DNA of 62,356 nucleotides, the filler included, from Dehalococcoidia bacterium (GTDB lineage Bacteria; Chloroflexota; Dehalococcoidia; DSTF01; JACRBR01), in NCBI GenBank assembly GCA_041494685.1. It is 2 parts of 2 records of this genome, joined end to end, with 100 filler letters (N's around TTAATTAATTAA, not from the genome) between each part and the next. Parts side by side here need not be neighbours in the genome. Positions count along the whole stretch, not along the records: positions 31,284 to 62,356 come from JBGQBE010000041.1; 1 more part is not named here. The stretch is one strand, 5' to 3'. The notes beneath the pieces were generated by a model that saw nothing but the letters and a program-made list of their open reading frames with translations, had not been told where the DNA came from and ran no database searches. A program made the translations under genes and the position numbers. Numbering within the stretch: the first letter of the stretch is position 1; each line of letters begins with the position of its first letter. Positions 49,514-60,997 of the stretch are shown one piece after another.

Positions 49514-49963
49514 GTGGAGCGCACGCTCGTTCTCATCAAGCCAGACGCCATGCAGCGCGGCCTCGCCGGTGAGGTGATCTCGCGGCTGGAGCGCCGCGGC
49601 CTGAAGATCGCCGCCATCCGCCTGATGAAGGTCAGCACGGCGCTGGCGAAGAAGCACTATGCCGAGCACGACGGCAAGCCGTTCTTTCCCGGGCTGGTGG
49701 AGTACATCACGTCCTCGCCGATCATCGCGGCGGTATTCGAAGGGACGAACGCGATCAAGGCGGTGCGCCAGACGTTCGGCGCGACGGACCCGATCGAGGC
49801 GGCGCCGGGCAGCGTGCGCGCGGACTTCGGGCTGGAGAAGGGGCGCAACCTCACGCACGCCAGCGACTCGCCGGCGAGCGCGAAGCGGGAGATCGCGCTG
49901 TTCTTCGGCAATGCGCCGCCGATCAGCTGGAAGCGCGACACCGACCGCTGGATCTTCGAGTAG
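49514..49963 (+). CDS. ndk: Nucleoside diphosphate kinase
   Basis: [37 protein letters not shown]. Confidence 0.97.
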   Translation: MERTLVLIKPDAMQRGLAGEVISRLERRGLKIAAIRLMKVSTALAKKHYAEHDGKPFFPGLVEYITSSPIIAAVFEGTNAIKAVRQTFGATDPIEAAPGSVRADFGLEKGRNLTHASDSPASAKREIALFFGNAPPISWKRDTDRWIFE

Positions 49964-50019
49964 CGGACAGCACGGATACACGGTGAAAGGCGGGATCATG
50001 TCGATCCCGCTCCTTCGCG

Positions 50020-50514
50020 TCACAGCAGGATCTTGAAACCTTCGTGGGTCGCGCTGAAGCCCAGACGCCTGTAGAAGCGGTGGGCGTCCGCGCGCGACTT
50101 GTTGCTGGTGAGCTGCAGGCGGAAGCAGCCGCGGCGTCGCGCTTCGTCCATCGCCCAGCGCATCATCGCCTCGCCGATGCCGCGGCCGCGCAGGGCGGCA
50201 TCGACGTGCACCGACTCCGCCTGGGCCACGCGCCCGCCGCGATGTCCGATGCCGGGGATGCAGGTGAACTGGAACGTGCCGACGACGTGGCCGTCGTACT
50301 CGGCGACCAGGAGGTCGGTGTTGGGGTCGGCGTCGATCACCGCGAAGGCATCGAGGTAGGCCTGCGGCAGCGGCGGGCCGGGATCGTCCTCGGGCTCGGT
50401 GCCGGGCGCTGCGCCGCCGCGGATCAGATCGACAACGCGCGCCAGGTCGTGGACGCTGGCGCGGCGGATCACCGGCTGCGGCAAAACGGCCTCGGACACC
50501 ACCCATGACGGCAT
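50020..50514 (-). CDS. GNAT family N-acetyltransferase
   Basis: VHVDAALRGRGIG, QLTSNKSR.DAHRFY.RLGF..THEGFK. TACAAT lies 6 nt before ATG 50514. Confidence 0.9.
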   Translation of the reverse strand: MPSWVVSEAVLPQPVIRRASVHDLARVVDLIRGGAAPGTEPEDDPGPPLPQAYLDAFAVIDADPNTDLLVAEYDGHVVGTFQFTCIPGIGHRGGRVAQAESVHVDAALRGRGIGEAMMRWAMDEARRRGCFRLQLTSNKSRADAHRFYRRLGFSATHEGFKILL

Positions 50515-50555
50515 ACCGGGATTGTACTCCCCGGCCGCCGCCATACCGGCGGCGG

Positions 50556-51014
50556 CTACGCCGTGAAGGTCCGCAGCTCCTCGAACATGAGAGGATCGAT
50601 GGGGGCCATGTACGGCTCCAGCGCGCCCCACTCGAACGCGGGCGCTCGCACGACGACGCCGGGCGGCAGGTCGGACTTCACTGCCTCGACTGCCACCTCG
50701 ACCAGCGCGCTCGGCGCCGGCGCGTGCTCCATCCGCTCGCGCACGATGGCGGCAGTGCCGCGGACGCCGTAGACCATGCCATCGCCGATCACCTCGATCA
50801 TGATGCGCGGGTCGTGGCGGAGATTCTTCAGCGACTGGGTGCGGTGATCCAGCGCGAAGCGGACGGCGTGCGGGCCGGCTGCGACGGCGGAGTTCATCAC
50901 CATCGTATGGGGGAAGCCATCGGGACCGTTCGTCGCGGCGACAACCAGGCGGCCGCCCGTCAGGTATTCGACGAGGCGCGCCGGCATCTCGGCGCGTTCG
51001 ATGCCGCTGGCCAC
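50556..51014 (-). CDS. Pyridoxamine 5'-phosphate oxidase-like (split-barrel) protein
   Basis: AT.GPDGFPH, SLKNLRHDPRI, VRGTA. Confidence 0.8.
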   Translation of the reverse strand: MASGIERAEMPARLVEYLTGGRLVVAATNGPDGFPHTMVMNSAVAAGPHAVRFALDHRTQSLKNLRHDPRIMIEVIGDGMVYGVRGTAAIVRERMEHAPAPSALVEVAVEAVKSDLPPGVVVRAPAFEWGALEPYMAPIDPLMFEELRTFTA

Positions 51015-51018
51015 GCGG

Positions 51019-53685
<2,667 letters not shown>

Positions 53686-53742
53686 GAAGCGCTTATTCTC
53701 GTGTCGCGCGTAGGTTCAGCGCGGCCCTGATCTGACTAGGCA

Positions 53743-53772
53743 AGTTTAACATTTCGGCGATGCTACGGGCAA
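53743..53772 (-). promoter_or_regulatory. Putative gyrA promoter
   Basis: TTGCCC-18nt-TAAACT with an extended -10 TG. Confidence 0.5.
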
Positions 53773-53841
53773 CGAAATCCGGCCTGCGCCCACATGCCGC
53801 GAGGCGTCGCGAAACGGGCCGCAGCGGTCGATCCTCGGGGT

Positions 53842-54570
53842 TCAGGCCCCAGGTGGCAGGCTGGAGGGCGCGGCGGGCGTGGCGGTGCCCGGAGTGGCCC
53901 CTGCGGGCGTCTCCGCGACGCGCTCGGCGCGCACGACGAGGCGCTTGTCGTACTGGTGCGTCGCGGAGTTGAAGGTGCCGCCGCAGGTGATCAGCGTCAC
54001 CGTCTCGCTGGGCGTCGGGCCGACGATCTGGTCGACCGGCGCCGTGGCCGCATCGAACTGCTGTTTGAAGTTCACCGCGTACTTGTACACGGTCCCGTCC
54101 TGCAGCCGCACCTGGATGAGGTCGCCGGGCTCCAGATCCTTCAAGTTCCAGAAGACCGCGGGCCCTACGCGGATGTAATCGACGTGTCCGGCGAACACGG
54201 CGTTGCCGCCGAAGCCGGGGTGGGCGCTGAAGTCGTACCAGGCAACGTCGGTAGCGTTAGGCGGCGACTGCATGGCGCCGCTCGTGTCGACGCCGAGGAC
54301 GTCCACCGGGGCGTCGATCTTCGCCTTCTCGACGACGAGGCGCGCGATGGGCGAGTTGGAGCCGGGCGGAAACTGTCCCGTCGGCGTGGGCGTCGGGCCG
54401 GGAGTCGGCGTGCGGATCGGATCGCCGAAGGCGACGATGGTCTTGAGGCTGCTGTTGCCGTCGGCGCCGCCGAAGATCACGCCCGTCGCGATCAGCATGA
54501 GGATGACGGCCGCGACCATCATGGCCGACCCCACCGCCAGCAGCGCAAGTGAAAGCTTGTTCTGGCTCAT
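53842..54570 (-). CDS. Class F sortase (TM-anchored)
   Basis: GNAVFAGHVD, PAVFWNL..L.PGD, TLITCGG.F...YDKR (His-Cys-Arg intact). Confidence 0.92.
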   Translation of the reverse strand: MSQNKLSLALLAVGSAMMVAAVILMLIATGVIFGGADGNSSLKTIVAFGDPIRTPTPGPTPTPTGQFPPGSNSPIARLVVEKAKIDAPVDVLGVDTSGAMQSPPNATDVAWYDFSAHPGFGGNAVFAGHVDYIRVGPAVFWNLKDLEPGDLIQVRLQDGTVYKYAVNFKQQFDAATAPVDQIVGPTPSETVTLITCGGTFNSATHQYDKRLVVRAERVAETPAGATPGTATPAAPSSLPPGA

Positions 54571-54618
54571 CGTCCTACCACGTCCCTACCACCACCGGCG
54601 CCCGCCGCGATGACCATG

Positions 54619-55413
54619 TCAAATGCGATGACCGCGCACGATCAGCCGGTTGCTGTAATGGCCACCGCTAAACGAGCCGACGCACGTAACGAGCGTGATG
54701 CTCTCCTGCCCGGTTTTCGCAACGAACTGCGAGAAATCCACGTCCGGGTCCACCCACTCGTTCCAGTCGACCGCGTAGTTGTACGAGCCGTTGGGCGTGT
54801 TCACGACGATCTGGTCGCCGGGCTGCAGGTCCTTGATGCTCCAGAAGACCGCTGGGCCGTAGCGGATGTAGTCCACGTGCCCGGCGAAGACGGCGTTCGC
54901 GCCGGGCTGGCCCGGATAGCCGCCGTACTGCGACCAGTTCTCGGAGAAGTCGTACCAGATCACGTCGGTGGGGCCGCTGGGGTTGCCCATCTGTCCGTTC
55001 GTGCCCACCGACCGCGAGTAGACGCCCGCGTTCACGCCGATGGCGTTGATCTGGAGCGACATGCCCGTCCCTTGCGGCGCGCCAGGGCCGGTACCGCCTT
55101 GCTGCTGTACGGGCGCGGGGTTGGAGGTGTGCGAGCCGGCGTCCGGCGGCCGTGCCGCCGCTCCGGCCTGGAGGCCGGCGCTGGCCGGCGTTTCCGTCGG
55201 GACGGGCACGCTGGTGGCCGTAGGGAGCGACGTCTCCGTGGCCGTGGGCGCCAGGACCTGCGCCTTGCTGCTGCCGCCCCCGCCGCCCGCCGCGGCCAGC
55301 GCGCCGCCGACCACCGCCGCGGCCAGCACGACCGCCGGCACGCCGACGAGGAGGCCGCGCTTCAGTGCGCCCGCCTCGTTCCAAAGTTGCTTCAAGGAGT
55401 CCTTCGCCGCCAT
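54619..55413 (-). CDS. Class F sortase (TM-anchored)
   Basis: NAVFAGHVD, PAVFWSI..LQPGD, TLVTCVGSF...YSNR. Confidence 0.92.
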   Translation of the reverse strand: MAAKDSLKQLWNEAGALKRGLLVGVPAVVLAAAVVGGALAAAGGGGGSSKAQVLAPTATETSLPTATSVPVPTETPASAGLQAGAAARPPDAGSHTSNPAPVQQQGGTGPGAPQGTGMSLQINAIGVNAGVYSRSVGTNGQMGNPSGPTDVIWYDFSENWSQYGGYPGQPGANAVFAGHVDYIRYGPAVFWSIKDLQPGDQIVVNTPNGSYNYAVDWNEWVDPDVDFSQFVAKTGQESITLVTCVGSFSGGHYSNRLIVRGHRI

Positions 55414-55488
55414 GCCTCTAACCTCACGTGCTGTGCGTTCGATACATTGTCGGCCGCCCAGGAGGCGGCCGTCGATCAGGGTGATCCC

Positions 55489-56223
55489 CTATACGCGCCG
55501 GCCCCAGACGATCTGCCGGCTGTCGTAGTGGCCCGCTTCGAATTGGCCACCGCACGTAATCAGTGTGATCGATTCGTCCGCCGTCGCCGCGACGATGCCG
55601 GTCCAGTCGGCGCCGCCGACGGTGATCCGCTTGTTGAACTCGATCTTGTAGTTGGCCTCGGTGCCGTCATTCATCTTGATGGTGACGATATCGCCGACGG
55701 CGATCTCGTGCAGGCGCCAGAAGACGGCGGGGCCGTAGTGGATGTAATCGACGTGGCCGGCCAGCACGACGTTGCCGCCCTTGCCCGGCGTGCCGCCCAT
55801 GTTCGGCCAGTCCGAGAAGTCGTAGTACGCGACATCTTCGGGACCGTTGGGGTTCGGCATCTGGCCGTCGCTGCCGACGACCTTCGCGGAAAGCGGAGCA
55901 TCGACGCCGATGCTGGGGATGACGAGCCGTTCGCCCAGGAAGTCACCGCGGCCGGGCGTGCCAGCACCGCGCGCGGCGAGGTCCGCTTGCGTGAGCTCGT
56001 CGCCCGGGCTCAGCGCGATGGGCGTCTTGAGGCCGGCGTTCGGGCCGGGTGTGGGTGCCACGGTGGGCGCCGACGCCGTGGGCGTACCCGGCTGGCTGGC
56101 CTTGCTATTGCCGCCGCAGGCCGCCGCGAGCGCCACAACGGCCGCCACGCCCAGCGCCAGCAGCAGCGCCCGGCGCAGGCCGGCGCGCGCGCGCTTCGTC
56201 TCGATCGATCCGGTCACGTCCAT
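55489..56223 (-). CDS. Class F sortase (lipoprotein-type signal)
   Basis: LAAACG lipobox, GNVVLAGHVD, TLITCGGQF...YDSR. Confidence 0.92.
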   Translation of the reverse strand: MDVTGSIETKRARAGLRRALLLALGVAAVVALAAACGGNSKASQPGTPTASAPTVAPTPGPNAGLKTPIALSPGDELTQADLAARGAGTPGRGDFLGERLVIPSIGVDAPLSAKVVGSDGQMPNPNGPEDVAYYDFSDWPNMGGTPGKGGNVVLAGHVDYIHYGPAVFWRLHEIAVGDIVTIKMNDGTEANYKIEFNKRITVGGADWTGIVAATADESITLITCGGQFEAGHYDSRQIVWGRRV

Positions 56224-56386
56224 GCTTGATCCCCTGCTCCTTCGCCCCGCCACACGGGCGCGCCTGCCCGTCATGATGCCATATTCTCCGCAAACGATCC
56301 CGTGATTCCAATCCTGCGACGGGGCGATCACCGCTTCGTAACAGGAGTCGACCGGCCGCCGCGTGGCGGAGGCGGCCGGAGAGAAA

Positions 56387-56418
56387 CGTGGGGGCCCCCC
56401 TTTCGAGGGGCCCCCACG
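56387..56418 (-). terminator. Intrinsic terminator after the surface protein gene
   Basis: 12-bp stem CGTGGGGGCCCC/GGGGCCCCCACG followed by TTTCTCT on the minus strand. Confidence 0.75.
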
Positions 56419-56440
56419 ATTGGACCGAAGTCCTATGCGG

Positions 56441-58060
56441 TTACTTGCTCGAGCGGCGAGTAACCACGCTGCCACCGACCAGGGCCACGCTGCCCAGAGC
56501 CAGCGCGATCAGCGTCCACATCGGGAGGCCGGTCGAGCCGTTCTGGCCCATGTAGCCACCGTTACCGGTGCTCGGAGGGACGATCACGCCGCCAGGCGGG
56601 GTCGCCGTGGGGGCGGCCGCAGCCGGCGTCGCCACCGCCAGCGAGCAGTCCACGCGGATGGACGCCTGGACGCTGCCCGAACTCACGATCACAATCACGC
56701 CGGCAGAGGAGCCGGACAGCGGGGTGATCGTGCTGGAGGCCGAGCCGGCGGTCGTCTTCACGCTGATCGGGTTCGCCGTGCCCAGAGCGACGACGCTGAA
56801 CGTCACCGGCGTGTTGTCGACGACGTCGTTACCCGCCGAGTCGGTCACCTTCGCGGTGACGGTCGAGGTGGCCGAGCCATCGCAGGCGATCTGCGCCGGC
56901 GATGCGGTCAGAGCGATCGCATCCGGGACGCCGCTGATGGTGATCGCCTGGGTCCGGGTCACCTGACCGGCAATCCCCGTGATTGCCGCTGCGACCGCGT
57001 TCTTTGCCGTCAAATTGGCGGTGCCAGCTGCGACGCCGCAGATGACGTTACCGGCGGCGATCGTCGTGCCATCCGAGAGGAGCTCGGACGGAGTCGTCGC
57101 AGTGGCGACGATCATGTTGGCCGCGGCGCTGGACGCCCACGACGTGAAGTAGCCCACCAGGGCATTGCCGTTGATGTCCGTGTAGATCGCACCCGCGCCG
57201 GCGCGAGCCGGGTTCGAGGTGCTGTCCGTCGTCGCGCAGGCCGTAAGGCCTTCCTGGATCGTCGTCTTGGTGGTCACAAGCGCAAGGTCGTGCGCCTGGC
57301 CGACGACTGTGAGGGACTTCGAGTCAAGCGTGATGGCATCTTGGTTCGCCGTGACCACGAGCGTGTCGCTGACCGCGTGCGCGCCCGCGCTGACCACGTT
57401 GTAAACCGCGATGTGATCAGTCGCGTTCGGGGCCTGCGTCGCGACGGCGTCACAGCCGCCCGACGGCGTGATAGTACCGGCGGTGCTGCCAGCGGTCGTG
57501 ATCGTCGGCAGACCAACCACCGTGAACGTCGTCGTAGTCGGAACCGTCGCGACGTACCAGACGCCGTTGATCGTCGGCGTGCTGGTGATGCCCGAAATGG
57601 TGATCTTGTCGCCGACCGCCAAGTTGTGGGCGGCCGTCGTCGTGAACAGTCCCGCGACCGTCGGTGAGAGGCCGTCGGTCGTGCTGACCGTCGCGGTCGC
57701 CGAACCGCAGACGAGACCACGGCCGTTCAGCGTGACGTTCGTGCCCGAGCCGTCCGTCTGGACGACGACGAGCGTCTGACCCGCAAACGCGGCGGTGGCC
57801 GCCGTCTGCGCGACTTGACCGGCGCTGGCCGTCTCGAAGGCGTCCAGCTGGGTCAGATACGGCGCCCGCGTGACGTCGCTGGTCTCCATTGCGGTGATAA
57901 ACAGCGACGCCGTCGTGGGCGTCGTGGCGATCGCGGATGAGACGTTCGCGTTGATCACCCAGATCTTCGCCGGATTCGCATAGGTCGTCGAGGCCCGCAG
58001 GCCCCCGAACCCCAGGACGGCAACGGTCAGAGCCGCTACCGCCAACATCAACTTCTTCAA
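56441..58060 (-). CDS. Secreted Thr/Ala-rich Ig-like surface protein with C-terminal sortase sorting signal (PPSTG-TM-RRSSK)
   Basis: AGGAGGA SD and TTG start, Sec signal peptide, Big_1-like domain (TVTAKVTDSAGN.V....PVTFS), 6 Cys, PPSTG at 56564-56578, hydrophobic helix, basic tail. Confidence 0.88.
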   Translation of the reverse strand: MKKLMLAVAALTVAVLGFGGLRASTTYANPAKIWVINANVSSAIATTPTTASLFITAMETSDVTRAPYLTQLDAFETASAGQVAQTAATAAFAGQTLVVVQTDGSGTNVTLNGRGLVCGSATATVSTTDGLSPTVAGLFTTTAAHNLAVGDKITISGITSTPTINGVWYVATVPTTTTFTVVGLPTITTAGSTAGTITPSGGCDAVATQAPNATDHIAVYNVVSAGAHAVSDTLVVTANQDAITLDSKSLTVVGQAHDLALVTTKTTIQEGLTACATTDSTSNPARAGAGAIYTDINGNALVGYFTSWASSAAANMIVATATTPSELLSDGTTIAAGNVICGVAAGTANLTAKNAVAAAITGIAGQVTRTQAITISGVPDAIALTASPAQIACDGSATSTVTAKVTDSAGNDVVDNTPVTFSVVALGTANPISVKTTAGSASSTITPLSGSSAGVIVIVSSGSVQASIRVDCSLAVATPAAAAPTATPPGGVIVPPSTGNGGYMGQNGSTGLPMWTLIALALGSVALVGGSVVTRRSSK

Positions 58061-58556
58061 GGCTTACTCCTCCTATTGAGTACGCAGGGCCTTCCTCAAG
58101 CTCTGCGCATTCCGGCCGATTGTGTTTGACGCTTCTTCTGCTTGGCTTGGCACATGCCGTACAGCGGGCGTCTCTCCCGCGTGTCACGTCGTCCTCGGCC
58201 GAGTTATGGCGACGCGATGCGGGAATCCGGACGTCCGCCGGTTGGGCCTCCTGCCCTCCTTTCCTCCTCCAACTGCGGGGGTACGCTGCACCGCGTCCGT
58301 GCGGGGTCTTCCACAAGAAGCGGCCACGGTCGGCCGCCATGTCGTAGAACGCCCGCAGCGCACCAAAGGTTAACCGCCGTTCCGTGATTTTCTTATAGGG
58401 GTTTCCCCTATTACGGGGATGGGAGGTTCGAAGCGGGAGCCTGCACGGGGACGCGCCGCGAGTAACGCACGAAGATTATGTCGCCTCCCCGGACGGCACC
58501 CAGATGCTGCTGATGGTTATGTCTTGTCTCTTGGGCGCCCGCGTCCTCACATGGTC

Positions 58557-58618
58557 ATTGGATGATTCTCATGCGTTTCACGGCAGAATTGGATGATTCT
58601 CATGCGTTTCACGGCAGA
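58557..58618. repeat. Perfect 31-bp tandem duplication
   Basis: ATTGGATGATTCTCATGCGTTTCACGGCAGA twice. Confidence 0.92.
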
Positions 58619-58716
58619 GCGGGACAGGTACCAGGATGTACCTTTTTTTTATGATTTCTTGACGGATGTCTCTGCCCCGGACTAATCAGGAGGACGAAGG
58701 CGCCGCCGCGCTCGCC

Positions 58717-59190
58717 TCACTCCTTCGCCCAGGCCCGCGTGATCGTGAACTCAATGGTGCCGGCGGCCGGCGAATCGATGTACAGCTTCACCGCGCCGCC
58801 AACCACGAGGCGGAGCCGCACCGGCTGCCCGGCGAACCGATCCGCTACGTCCTGCGGGACCGCGCGATCGCACGGCAGCTCCGCATACAGCTGCACGATC
58901 TGCGACGTGATGATGGACAGGACGCCGTCCTTGCAGCCCAGAGAGAACAGCAGCGGCGGCGCGCCCTGAACCGGCGTTCTGGGATCGGCGCCAAACGTGC
59001 GGTCAGCGCGGATCAGCGACGCGTCCGGGGGCACGCCGGCCGGGCGCGCACCATCATCCGGGCCCGGCTGCCGCGTGGCCGACGCGGCGGGAGCCGTGCG
59101 CGTACCCGCGTGAGACCCGCCGGAACACCCGGTCAGGACCGCCGCCGCAGTGGCGACGCCGGCGAGAAACATCCGCGCGCTCATCACCAT
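58717..59190 (-). CDS. Hypothetical lipoprotein
   Basis: AAVLTGC lipobox; TAGACT -10-like box 7 nt before ATG 59190. Confidence 0.7.
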   Translation of the reverse strand: MVMSARMFLAGVATAAAVLTGCSGGSHAGTRTAPAASATRQPGPDDGARPAGVPPDASLIRADRTFGADPRTPVQGAPPLLFSLGCKDGVLSIITSQIVQLYAELPCDRAVPQDVADRFAGQPVRLRLVVGGAVKLYIDSPAAGTIEFTITRAWAKE

Positions 59191-59534
59191 ACTCCCGAGT
59201 CTATAACGGCCTGACGGTCGATCCACACACCACGCACGGGCCGCCCCCACGACGCGACAGCCCGAGTTGTCAGCGCTCAACCACATGTTACCGCCCCGTG
59301 CCTGCCGCGCAGTGACCCCGCCAGGCAGCAAGAGACCGCGAGGGGGGATATCTCGCGGTCTCGTACTCAGTTTCCTGCTTGCGGAGGTCACTGGCAGCGT
59401 AGCACCGGGATGTCATCCCGCTGTGCTACAGCTGTTAAATGACTGCAAACCGTGGGCCGATTCGTGGCAAGCCGGATGCGTCATGCGCGGCTCCTGCCGC
59501 AGGAGGACGGCATGCCTCCCGGGCCGCGCCACCG

Positions 59535-60437
59535 TCAGCTCCTGGGATAGGCGATGAACTTCGCGCCGAACGCCGGATCCGGGCCGATGTCCGTCATCGT
59601 CGCGGCGACGGCATCGCCGGGAGCCAGTCCGTCGACAACGAAATGCTGCAAGACGTGCCCCAGGGCCTCGTCGGTGTGCCCCACGGAGACTGGCCCATCC
59701 CAACCGGCCACGACCCCGGCACCCTTCTTGATCAGCGCGGCGGCCATGCCGTCGCTGTTGACCGCGTCGCAGCCCATCAGCAGGACGGTCGTGCCCTTGA
59801 AGCGTCCCTGCGCGCTGTCTTCCATAAAGGCGGGCGTGATGCCGAAGTAACGGTCATTCGGCGGATTGGCCACCTGCACCCCGTTGCCGAACGCACCTTC
59901 CGGGTACCTGTGCCCGATCTGCACGACGTCGAGGCGCCGCGATCGCTGGTCCTCCACGTGGCGCTCCGTCGAGTAGGGCTCCGACGTAAAGAGACTCACG
60001 AGCGGCTCCTGCGTCACGGCATGCGTCGTTGGATCAACCTTCGAGTTCTCGCCAGCCGAGTGACCGCGAACGATCACCAGCTTGTAGCCGCGCTTCGGCA
60101 GATCGCGAAACAGGTCGACGGTCACCTGGTCGCTCGGGTACAGGTCGACGGCGTACCCCGCTTGAACAAGCATCTTCTGCGACTTCTCGATGAGCGAGGG
60201 ATTCGGGTCCGTGAGCCCGAGCTCGTCGATGATCGCCGCACGCAGCGGTGCGGGGCCGCCCTTCGGGCGCAGCGTCCAGAACGCAGCACCCGCGGCCACG
60301 GCGATGGCGAGAACCACCGCCGTGACGGCGATCCATCGGCGGCGGCCGGAGGATCTCCGACCTGATGCCGTGGCGCCGTCTTCGGCAATGCGTGGCGCGT
60401 CGAAGTTTCGACGTTTGCGCCGTTTGCGACCGCTCAT
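59535..60437 (-). CDS. Membrane-anchored hypothetical protein, possible caspase/CHAT-like fold
   Basis: Basic N-terminus plus TM helix; IVRGHS and LLMGC; AAALIKKGAGVVAGW..PVS. Confidence 0.75.
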   Translation of the reverse strand: MSGRKRRKRRNFDAPRIAEDGATASGRRSSGRRRWIAVTAVVLAIAVAAGAAFWTLRPKGGPAPLRAAIIDELGLTDPNPSLIEKSQKMLVQAGYAVDLYPSDQVTVDLFRDLPKRGYKLVIVRGHSAGENSKVDPTTHAVTQEPLVSLFTSEPYSTERHVEDQRSRRLDVVQIGHRYPEGAFGNGVQVANPPNDRYFGITPAFMEDSAQGRFKGTTVLLMGCDAVNSDGMAAALIKKGAGVVAGWDGPVSVGHTDEALGHVLQHFVVDGLAPGDAVAATMTDIGPDPAFGAKFIAYPRS

Positions 60438-60489
60438 GAACTCTGCCTCGCCTCTCAGCCTCCCGGCGAGCTTCCGCCGCGCATCGCGC

Positions 60490-60982
60490 CTATGACTTCG
60501 GTGGCCCCATGTTCACGCAGAACAGGTGGGCGACGCTCGCCAGCTCGTTCGGGTGCGGCGCCGGGCAACTCGCGTCGTCCAACCCGCCTCCGAGTTCCAT
60601 CGACATGTACAGCGTGTAGCTCGTGCCGTCCGACTGGTACCAGTAGCCGTTGTGACGGGGTCGCCGCCGGGATCGAATGAATCTGGCCCAGATACAATTC
60701 GAATCCGCAGCCTGCGTCGACGGTTCGGTCGACGCAGAGGGTCTGCACGCCGGAGTTGGACGGGTACGAATTGTGGTTATGGTAGTACCGGAAGGATGCG
60801 TCCACAATGCGGTACGCGTCTGCGCCGCGAGCCAGGTCGCGATCGCGGGCGGCGGCGTCCGGCGAGGGGGCGGGGGACGCGAGCGTCGACGACGGGGTGA
60901 GGCCGGTGGCGATCGCGGACTTCTCGACGGTGCTGGCCGCCGGCTCCGCGTGGATCCTGCCCCCTCGAGGAGCAGCTGACAA
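60490..60982 (-). pseudogene. Frameshifted GspG/pilin-like secreted protein
   Basis: RD..R.AD...I..A..RYY..HNSYP...C...C..YL.QI, then in other frames FDPGGDP and NGYWYQSDGTSYTLY. Confidence 0.55.
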
Positions 60983-60997
60983 GGCGCGGGATCGCCC

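Noticed and set aside
58557..58618. 31-bp repeat as a mini-CRISPR
   Set aside because: The two copies are directly adjacent with no spacer.
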